Below are positions 42,401 to 49,220 of a stretch of 64,000 bases of DNA, piece after piece. Both the position numbers and the translations under genes were made by a program. The stretch comes from a virus (lineage: Duplodnaviria > Caudoviricetes), in IMG/VR virus record IMGVR_UViG_3300024346_000003. One strand, written 5' to 3'. Below the pieces are notes generated by a model. That model did not search any database and had not been told where the DNA came from. It saw only the letters and a program-made list of their open reading frames with translations. Numbering within the stretch: the first letter of the stretch is position 1; each line of letters begins with the position of its first letter.

Positions 42401-43278
42401 GGGTTAACACCATCATATATTGCAGCGCTAAATGTATCAAAGGCAACTCTTATAGACTCTAAATCAGCAGCTATTTCATCATGCCCTTGTAGCTGTGCAG
42501 CTGAATTATCTTCTTGTGATATTTTTTGTGTGGTGTTAGCTAATTCAACAAATTTAGTTAACATCTCATCTATTGTTATGATTAAATTTGAGTTTTCACC
42601 ATATTCATCTTGTTTTAAAATTAATTTAGCTTGTCCTTTTTTTGTTCTAACTGCCGCTCTAATTAACCCAATTAATAAATCCGTTAATAAGGCATAAGTA
42701 AATCCCATAAAATCGGCTTGTATTTCAAAGTTACCAGTTTCTGAATTAAATGATGCGTTCCATCTTTGCATATGCAAACAATAGTTTACAGTGCCACCAT
42801 AAAAACCTTTAACTTTTAAACTAAAGATTGGGTATGGTAATTCAAAAAACATTCTATATTTAGACATACTACCTTGTGATAGTATTGCATTACCTCTTAC
42901 ATCTATAAATTTTATTTTAATTAATGGTGTATTTGCAGTGTCAAATTCAATATCAATACTTTCAATACCTAAACTTTCAAAATCATCAGTTTGTTGTTCT
43001 GATGCGTTCATTACATCTAAAGCAATCGCATCAGTATATCTGGTTGTTAAAGCTGGTAATAAACCATTATCAACTTTTGACCCCTCAATAAATGTAACAT
43101 TTGCATTACTATCAACGGTATTGATAGTTTCGGCACCTGAATAAATTATACTTCTACCTTTTCGCTTAGTACTAAATTCAACTTTAATACATAAATCTTC
43201 TGGGTTAACCATTACATTGTTAGCCTTATTAGGGTCTAACCACAATATTCTATTTTGTGAAACACTAGATTTATCCAT
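36427..43278 (-). CDS. Giant baseplate hub (gp27-like) fused to M15 peptidase and GH24-like lysozyme domains
   Basis: Hub-like N-terminus (LGIESIDIEF...IKFIDVRG) and YSAEVEMLGSAMIQPMMYF...YKVTHSI. M15 motifs SFYRTY, SLHGWGLAVD, EVWHWEY. C-terminal ETFTATPGNDEGTLRAGYG...AALVSLGYNAG...GLIKRRIEEAQLF. Confidence 0.8.
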   Translation of the reverse strand: MDKSSVSQNRILWLDPNKANNVMVNPEDLCIKVEFSTKRKGRSIIYSGAETINTVDSNANVTFIEGSKVDNGLLPALTTRYTDAIALDVMNASEQQTDDFESLGIESIDIEFDTANTPLIKIKFIDVRGNAILSQGSMSKYRMFFELPYPIFSLKVKGFYGGTVNYCLHMQRWNASFNSETGNFEIQADFMGFTYALLTDLLIGLIRAAVRTKKGQAKLILKQDEYGENSNLIITIDEMLTKFVELANTTQKISQEDNSAAQLQGHDEIAADLESIRVAFDTFSAAIYDGVNPVNTYFKSPDGVVLCVPNGADSDKKYETALKAYEETITGLVNAVNNKISDDTLKLNENLLKDVVKISDITKAQLTSADNINEIINHSGGKYTSDETNKDYVKELLKVIGNLGTSVATDDTKLNIYNLKRIQYHFNDIKTKLAENKTKTETDFNAKLADTAEGIIGFEPTIRNIFRVLSVNAEIFLEVLKDVSVEAQSDASGKRAVEFNKISGLLNVNQADVVNVEKKTIYPWPEYRQEKAGEGYVETWLGKAPVIATNINEVVFVKELHTELLNVAKFDKDLQEQIDNPDAGADVDTNAIAPADAWFPLTPADTPINPLMTQNPYIEATDANNADEVKRLVLLRTFMLLGVSTFNSKIESSKGGALLKTMGGLEAETLVAACRKLGKHGQDLLATMLEEVKDEDEEKRITAFINKITEFGAEGSSKITNPGAVSKKPILIKTTVGVDNVVQTIPGDQLKSHYYKYVYIRDDDAKAAYIPVNTGFDGSGFYNNDNTFKSRDDLKELSSSIIFVSNPKNYEGTDNVDTFKDEDDGSLHVKLYELSEYTASSMIPEFGKELVDFHKGNLDEANSVPRVDSVYRSIVNNQDTKSNDSDEIIDGLNPYNGNYSVLEMNTLNYDATEADFADEFNYYMGEPMWKNDTKVDSSLIGFYTEFNNFKFNGDRDNVNLPVVGTYLSYPIDKKLYDDAILYAGDGEFSDNIYFMPELERTQINTNSKIFRKTWADNGAYLKQKGLLSLGIKGNKLYLPFIEFGISNADVRTSGSNNTGNLSVSLFGSYFYYRQPLDEVRALLFLHTIPWQGVKNFGADIQEMMMLDKYLDWTSWQRLKEEETKGNYTRVSSIRTLFQVNGAFVHAPKAWVLFVGAMLWRVRYTATHNNTDPIVYSGREGKKYTLIPANVRTPLSKEYLYLSAPYGDAYAEHNPWGMFFGDAPDGYAVTRDLEYGIRGAATAYETYVPLDLTLMNLPKQVRDEFISYFEEWVKDDTGFKFIQKELELYKSKSNYDDWFTKNQEVRNLAKAPNSNQTGLQKRISRTELNKLFTESVVNNYALIAGVKDIVNDGASTVGNLNTIFKPNTPVMNYMVSLLTQPTVIQNVNPNIWNYDYYDKAAGYVGGNKFKKQASEAGYQNGTSSKSIRVRADKFRIYLSGFYSKLITLNEAYQKEVIPDPEDEAQQEIFGTGDDDTINLMIYRILSSINDKWLNGSENKSAFSQCGETTKNEIDLKHAKKFRASATEASLIDTFRFVDRAFADIGDKFYLNINSVTDLIRANYNQSYFDIINKILSDNNFNFIPLPTFVNFNNIDELKTVFTAYTYNNPVTFKGTGPAFVCVYVGQASTNLDLGTGSVYPDDGLSISMDSDTGTIELPVEASDLNSPIEADSLDGNVPVFAVNYGQQNQNYFRSIKLDQREFTETMESLQVIESISQTGDKSKPTYAGNNLFNVYQTRSYSAEVEMLGSAMIQPMMYFQLNNIPMFRGAYLIYKVTHSIKPHSMTTTFKGNRVKKAKTPLMDKATMLMNLIGTTGSGALIGSDRGVSAGYYSAIIATLIENGVTNGFMELGKPIGQITNKKVDLSGTKFKNSAGDIGFMVTEAADAFRKMVQELSKWVEGEVKAGRFKEKETYGKAGSFYRTYAKQVELAKGQKTAAAAGTSLHGWGLAVDWNWVSPDGVMFTRLYKEGSRPSEFDFNTDPIVGWLFNNSYRFGFLNPGWAHDKGSYDEVWHWEYHGTQAKCIVAKSKTIFGQAYDTSKPLDSIVKNPKTPDGKEAVYPTNSCDDKYIKARDGNSLVGASREDMKVDKLTPFSAELKSIITNGNYAGVAISDYKNDWLAVTSNYIAKKETFTATPGNDEGTLRAGYGTDKILQNGSLVKVTSSTVFTKEVAKNTLVYQIKNTYGKQIEKDLGSANWNKLNKYQKAALVSLGYNAGAYYISAREYGEQIKNAIEKNDFKEAAQGILNGPISGAQSGVLSGLIKRRIEEAQLFLVDKNASLKYISE

Positions 43279-43289
43279 ATTATTTTAAA

Positions 43290-43607
43290 TTAACCATAAA
43301 GTTGTTTGTATCTATTTACTTGCCCTATATATCTTTCAAGTGCAGAATCAAAAGGATAAGGTACTCTTATTACATCACCATCTTTTATATTAAATTCCAA
43401 ACCACCATATTGTGGATTTGCTAACATAATTAAAAAACCATGATATGGGTTATTATAATAAGTTTGACTGACTTTGTCAAGTCTAGTTCTACTTAATTTA
43501 TAAATAATATTTTTATCAGTAGCTTCTACTGGTATCCTGATATATGGTATGGGTAATATCTTACCTTCATATCTAAACTTTTCGTATCTATCGAAATAAC
43601 TTGCCAT
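43290..43607 (-). CDS. LysM-like baseplate protein (gp53-like)
   Basis: RLDKVSQTYYNNPYHGFLIMLANP...IKDGDVIRVP. Confidence 0.8.
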   Translation of the reverse strand: MASYFDRYEKFRYEGKILPIPYIRIPVEATDKNIIYKLSRTRLDKVSQTYYNNPYHGFLIMLANPQYGGLEFNIKDGDVIRVPYPFDSALERYIGQVNRYKQLYG

Positions 43608-43627
43608 AATTTATTTTTTTATTAATT

Positions 43628-46600
43628 TTATGTACAACCAGAGATTGGACAATTCACAAGTACACCTTTATCGTTATAAACTGAAATAGTACTTTTACCA
43701 GTTCCATTTGGCCAACAATTACAACAAGGGTCTTTTAAGATATAACCCCACTCCTCATAATCTAACATATCCGCATATTTAATATCTTCCTCTGGACAAT
43801 CAAATTGTGCAATCGCTTTAGATTTATAATATTTATAATCTGGATATGCCAAAACTGAAACAATAAATAAAACACCACCATTTTTTACATCAGCTAATTC
43901 ACCTAAAGCTGATTTCCAACCACCTTTTTCACTAATAAATTCACCCATATTTGGTAAGTCAGGGTGTGAACTAGAGTTTATTGTAAATGTTGCAATATCA
44001 ATATTACCACCCGTTGAACTAAATAACCTAAGTTTAGCTTGATAGTCTTTAGATAAACCATTAACAACCCCAAATCTACCTTTTAATTTATCACCATCAT
44101 AATTAATATTAAATGCATAAGTATTAGTAAACTCAGCATTACTAAATACCGCTTGGTCTGGGTCAGTTGGTACTGGTGGTGCTGTTGGTGGTACTGGAAC
44201 CGTTGTTGCAGTAGTAGCTGTTAAGCTAGTTAATGGTTGATTACCAGCATTTGCATTATTATTTTGAGCAAGTTGATTCGCAGTTGGTGTTATATTTGGA
44301 CTCATCTGCGCTTCTGTTAAATTATTTTTGAAAGCAGAAATACTATCTTCACCATTAACAATACTTCCCTTGTCATCTTTAACTACAATAGTATCAGCTC
44401 TTGGGTCATATACTTCAGTATTTGCAAAGTAATTAAATGATACAGCATTTTGTAATTTATTAATTGGTCCAGTAAGACTTGAACCACCAATAAATGCAAA
44501 TGACATATCTACATTACAAATCATTGGTTGTACACCAACACCCTCTGGGTTTAAATCCCAAACCAATGGGTCAAATGTGAAATTTAAATTTTCAATTATA
44601 ATCTTAGTATGGTAAAAATCACCAATTCTTAATATACATACTGGTGGTCTACCAAATGCTAAATTACTTGGGTTATTTGTAGTACCAGCACCTTGAGTTG
44701 GCCCTTGTCTCATACATTGTTGTAAGAATGTTAATCTAGAATTAAAACCTTCTGGCGTTGTTGAGTGAAACGCTGGTTGGAAAAATTTAATTTTAGTTTT
44801 TAAAGTATCATATACCGTTGGGTCTGAAAGTTCTAATTTCTGAAAATAATCACATTCTGTATAAAATCTAGATGGACTTATTTTAGGTAATAAAACTTTA
44901 GGTGGTGGTACTGTTTCCTTTTCTGTTTTTGGTTTATCTTCAGTATTTAAATTAGGGTCAATAACAAATTTAACCGTAACGTATCTATTAATCTTACAAC
45001 CATAAACATCATTTACAGATTTTAAATAATTTCTTTTTCTTGATGCTGGTGATTCTGGACATGAACTAGTACCATCACCACCTTTATTAGTTGCACCACC
45101 AACTACTGCTGCAACTGTTACTCTTTCTGAAAATGGTGGGTCTGTTAATATATTTGTTAATAACCAATCTTTAACACTATTTGCCCTAAGTTCTGATAAT
45201 TTATCATTTCTATTATCACCAAAAGTACCAACAACACTAGCAAAACCTTCAACTACTACTTTACAATTTTTACATTTTGTAAGTAAATAATTTTGTAAAT
45301 CAATTTTATATTGTGGGTCTCTCCAACCTAAATATTTTTTATCAGCAAGTCTAGTTCCAGTATAATCAACTGTTGTCCCCGTACCATTTAAACCAAAATC
45401 AGTTCTATCTGGTTCATCTCTACCGTCAGTACCCTGGTAAACATTAGGTGTGTCTCCGCATTGGACTGATGACCATGTTTTTTTACCCTCAACTAAAAAT
45501 TGATAGCATGATTCGTTATATCTATCTATACCTTCACCTTTACCCGTAATATTTTTACTATAATCAATTCTACAAACACCATAATTTTTTGTTGCATCCC
45601 ATATTTTAGCGGTATCATCAAATGATGCAGTTACAATTTTAGTATTATCTGGGCTGAATTCAGCTGTTAAAACCCAATCAGTATGTCCAGCTAATGTTGA
45701 TAATAAAGCACCATTTGATACATCCCATATTTTACCTGTATTATCAGATGATGCAGTTACAATTTTAGTTCCATCTGGACTAAAGTTAGCGTCATTAATC
45801 GCATCAGTATGTTCGTCTAATGTAAATAATAAACCACCGTTTGATACATTCCATATTTTAGATGTGTTATCTGGGGATGTGGCGGCAGTTACAATTTTAG
45901 TTCCGTCTGGACTAAATCTAGCAGCATTAAGAAACTGAGTGTGGCCACTTAAATTAAATATTAAAGCACCAGTTGCTGTATCCCATATTTTAGCTGTACC
46001 TTCATATGATGCGGTAACTACTTTAGTTCCATCTGGGCTGAATTCAGAACTTAGTATTCCATCAGTATGGCCACTTAAGATATGTATTAAAGTACCAGAT
46101 GCTACATCCCATATTCTAGCTGTAGTATCATTTGATGAAGTTATAATTTTAGTTCCATTTGGATTAAATTTAGCATCGTAAACGGTATTAGTATGTCCAC
46201 TTAAATTAAATATTAGAGTACCATTGATTGCGTTCCATATTTTAGCGGTATCATCATATGATGCTGTTACCACTTTAGTTCCATCTGGGCTGAATTCAGC
46301 ATAACTAACAGAATTAGTGTGTCCTAATGTAAATAATGAACTACCATTTGATACATCCCATATTCTAGCGGTATCATCATATGATGCTGTTACCACTTTA
46401 GTACCATCTGAACTAAATTTAGCAGTAATGAGAGAATTAGTATGTCCAGCTAATATATATATAGTATCACCAGATGTTGCATCCCATATTCTAGCTGTAT
46501 TATCATATGATGCTGTAACTACTTTAGTTCCATCTGGACTAAATTCAGCATAATGAACACTATCAGTATGACCTTTTAATGTTTCTAATGCATTATCAAC

Positions 46601-48970
46601 ATCACACACACCATCTTCATATTTTGGATATTTATCAATTTCAAAAACATCATTTGGAAAATAAACATTAAATGATGGTGGCGCTAATTGTTCAAGTAAT
46701 GTTTCTTCTGGTTTTGTTTGAGCATTTGCAGTTTCAGTTTTATCACTCTCATTTTTTGTAAGAATTTGTTTTGCTTCTTCCAATGGAATACAACCAGCAA
46801 AAAATGATGCAACATAATCATCAAAATTTGTAGGGTTTATACCTTCAGCACCACCAATAAAATTAAGGTAATTCGGATGGTCAATAATTATTTTCCAACT
46901 TAAATTACCAGTTCTTTCAGTATTATTATAAGTATACATCGGTTCCCCTCTACCTATAAAATTATGTTTATCCCAACTTGCTGATGTTGATTCACTGAAG
47001 CTAATATCATATGGTGGGAACCACATTATTCTACCTTTATGACCACTTAATTGGTCACCAGGACCAATTTCACATGCTAATAAATTAGGTAAATTATCAT
47101 TCCAGGCTAAATTCTCAATTGAGAACATATATCTTTTATTGTCAGTATATTTTTTTGACATATCATCAGTCTTATATGGTGCTATTCTAGCAAAACCATT
47201 ATCTTCTAAAACTGATAATTCAACATTTTTTCTAAATATATTACGATTTGAACCATATAACCCTCTATTCTTTTGTAAATCTAAAACATCATCATATCTA
47301 TCGTATGTTGTCCATGTTCTACAAAATACTTTGGCTGGGTCATCGTTAACACCTTTAATTAAAGCATTATATGATAATACACCACTACCTTTTGAAACAA
47401 AACGACCAACACTAGATACGGCAGTTTGTATTTGAGATTCAGAATCATCTTTAACACCATGACCTGTTACAAGTGTTTGCATTCTATTTGTTTCAAATAA
47501 TTTTCTTGTTTTATATAAAAGTGTTTTTTTATTGTTGAATAATGTTTCTTGATTGAAATCTTTAACACTATCTGGTGTGTTGTTATACTCATCAGTCCAA
47601 CCAAAAGCATCTTTATATTTTTTAATTGTTGTTCCAGCTCTATTTAATTCAGCATCAGACTCTGAAACTGGTAAATCATAACTAGCATAAAAACCTCTAT
47701 AGTCTTCAGCCCAACCATCACCTATAATTTGTCCAGGTCTATCATAGTTACCTGATGATATTGGGCTATTTTCCTTTCCGTTTAAGAAATCTATAATACC
47801 ACCATCACCATCACCTCTTGCATATAAATTATAATTTACACCATCACCAGTATTATCACCCTTTTTAATTCTATCATCTTCGTATCCAGCCGCATATCCC
47901 TGTCTTAATGTTGTTCCATTTGGATTAGAGATAATCATATTAGCTCTCATATGATTAATTAAAGTTTGAACTTGACCCACACCAGAATTTTTAAGCATTT
48001 CATTTGCTCGTTTAATATTTGGTTGACCAATATAATCTAATTTATTACTAAATGAATAAATACTTGAAGATTCTTCTAATAAACTTTTTGGTGATTGAAC
48101 ACCAAGTATATTTGCTGCAAAGTTAAGGATTCTACCAACGGTACCTTTAGGTACTGTAATACTATAATTTAAATTAACTAAACTTTTACCTTGAAGTAAT
48201 GATAATGGATTTAAATTTAAACTACCTAATGTTTCTTGTTGTAAACCAAATGCTGCATTATAACCAACATGTGCTAATAATTGTTGACCACCTATATTAC
48301 CTAAAGGTGTATCATTTATAGTTCCAGTAGCACCTAATACTCTACCTAGTAAAGTTGACCTAATATCTTCATTAGCAACCAAACCACCTGTTGAATTAAA
48401 ACCAACTCCTTGACCACCTACAACACCACCGATTATATCGGCAGCTTGTGTACTAGGTCCACCTATATTTAAATTATTATTCTCATCAATATATGATTTA
48501 AGATTTTGAAAAGTTGGTACTGGTTGTGTATTTAAATCAATAACTGATTGTTTAGGTACATCAACATATATATTTTTAGATGTCATACCTTCTCTAACAT
48601 CAGAACTATTAGTTAAATTACCATTAGCTAAAAATTGACCATTTAATAATTCATTTGAATTTGAATAAAGACCTTGATTACCTATTACACTATTTGTTGA
48701 TTGATTTAATATAATATTAGTTTGAGAGTAATCATCAGTAGTACCTTGAAAAGTATTTAATATAGTATTTAATTCTTGATATATAGTACCAGTATTATCA
48801 ATACTATTTGACGGTTGAACCGCAATTGGTAACGTTTCTACTTCAACTGGATAACCAATACCACCTAATAATGATTGTAAACCATTATCAATTACAGTAT
48901 CTGTTACTAAATTCTTAAGTAATAAATAATCCCTAAAGGAAGGTGATAGTGAATTTATTGAATTTGGCAT
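43628..48970 (-). CDS. Tube-initiator-like baseplate protein with inserted OmpA-like domain and 8 WD40 repeats
   Basis: Tube-fold halves FPPYDISFSE...GRGEPMYTYNNTERTG and AFGRPPVCILRIGDFYHTKI. OmpA-like VVVEGFAS...NDKLSELRANSVKDWL. Eight GH...WD repeats. Confidence 0.75.
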   Translation of the reverse strand: MPNSINSLSPSFRDYLLLKNLVTDTVIDNGLQSLLGGIGYPVEVETLPIAVQPSNSIDNTGTIYQELNTILNTFQGTTDDYSQTNIILNQSTNSVIGNQGLYSNSNELLNGQFLANGNLTNSSDVREGMTSKNIYVDVPKQSVIDLNTQPVPTFQNLKSYIDENNNLNIGGPSTQAADIIGGVVGGQGVGFNSTGGLVANEDIRSTLLGRVLGATGTINDTPLGNIGGQQLLAHVGYNAAFGLQQETLGSLNLNPLSLLQGKSLVNLNYSITVPKGTVGRILNFAANILGVQSPKSLLEESSSIYSFSNKLDYIGQPNIKRANEMLKNSGVGQVQTLINHMRANMIISNPNGTTLRQGYAAGYEDDRIKKGDNTGDGVNYNLYARGDGDGGIIDFLNGKENSPISSGNYDRPGQIIGDGWAEDYRGFYASYDLPVSESDAELNRAGTTIKKYKDAFGWTDEYNNTPDSVKDFNQETLFNNKKTLLYKTRKLFETNRMQTLVTGHGVKDDSESQIQTAVSSVGRFVSKGSGVLSYNALIKGVNDDPAKVFCRTWTTYDRYDDVLDLQKNRGLYGSNRNIFRKNVELSVLEDNGFARIAPYKTDDMSKKYTDNKRYMFSIENLAWNDNLPNLLACEIGPGDQLSGHKGRIMWFPPYDISFSESTSASWDKHNFIGRGEPMYTYNNTERTGNLSWKIIIDHPNYLNFIGGAEGINPTNFDDYVASFFAGCIPLEEAKQILTKNESDKTETANAQTKPEETLLEQLAPPSFNVYFPNDVFEIDKYPKYEDGVCDVDNALETLKGHTDSVHYAEFSPDGTKVVTASYDNTARIWDATSGDTIYILAGHTNSLITAKFSSDGTKVVTASYDDTARIWDVSNGSSLFTLGHTNSVSYAEFSPDGTKVVTASYDDTAKIWNAINGTLIFNLSGHTNTVYDAKFNPNGTKIITSSNDTTARIWDVASGTLIHILSGHTDGILSSEFSPDGTKVVTASYEGTAKIWDTATGALIFNLSGHTQFLNAARFSPDGTKIVTAATSPDNTSKIWNVSNGGLLFTLDEHTDAINDANFSPDGTKIVTASSDNTGKIWDVSNGALLSTLAGHTDWVLTAEFSPDNTKIVTASFDDTAKIWDATKNYGVCRIDYSKNITGKGEGIDRYNESCYQFLVEGKKTWSSVQCGDTPNVYQGTDGRDEPDRTDFGLNGTGTTVDYTGTRLADKKYLGWRDPQYKIDLQNYLLTKCKNCKVVVEGFASVVGTFGDNRNDKLSELRANSVKDWLLTNILTDPPFSERVTVAAVVGGATNKGGDGTSSCPESPASRKRNYLKSVNDVYGCKINRYVTVKFVIDPNLNTEDKPKTEKETVPPPKVLLPKISPSRFYTECDYFQKLELSDPTVYDTLKTKIKFFQPAFHSTTPEGFNSRLTFLQQCMRQGPTQGAGTTNNPSNLAFGRPPVCILRIGDFYHTKIIIENLNFTFDPLVWDLNPEGVGVQPMICNVDMSFAFIGGSSLTGPINKLQNAVSFNYFANTEVYDPRADTIVVKDDKGSIVNGEDSISAFKNNLTEAQMSPNITPTANQLAQNNNANAGNQPLTSLTATTATTVPVPPTAPPVPTDPDQAVFSNAEFTNTYAFNINYDGDKLKGRFGVVNGLSKDYQAKLRLFSSTGGNIDIATFTINSSSHPDLPNMGEFISEKGGWKSALGELADVKNGGVLFIVSVLAYPDYKYYKSKAIAQFDCPEEDIKYADMLDYEEWGYILKDPCCNCWPNGTGKSTISVYNDKGVLVNCPISGCT
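45585..46595 (-). repeat. Eight homogeneous WD40 repeats (about 42 aa each)
   Basis: Consensus L-x-GHT-x-x-V-x-x-A-x-FSPDGTK-V-V-TAS-x-D-x-TA-K/R-IWD; similarity also visible at the DNA level. Confidence 0.95.
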
Positions 48971-49009
48971 AGTATTAATTCTTTATATATAAATACTATG
49001 GTAATAAAA

Positions 49010-49140
49010 ATTTTGAAAAAATAAATAACTTTTATAATATATATTACTTTATTAATTATTATATTATAATATATATTATTATTTTATTATATATATTACT
49101 TTATTAATTATTATATATATTATATTAATATATTATTTAT
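49010..49140. repeat. Almost pure A/T intergenic tract with a 27-nt direct repeat
   Basis: TATATATTACTTTATTAATTATTATAT at 49038-49064 and 49090-49116; very few G/C over about 130 nt. Confidence 0.8.
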
Positions 49141-49220
49141 CCATTTAAGACAATGTAAATAAACTGATTTATTTATTAAATAACAACTTTTTTTATAATT
49201 TTAACAAAAAATTAACATAT

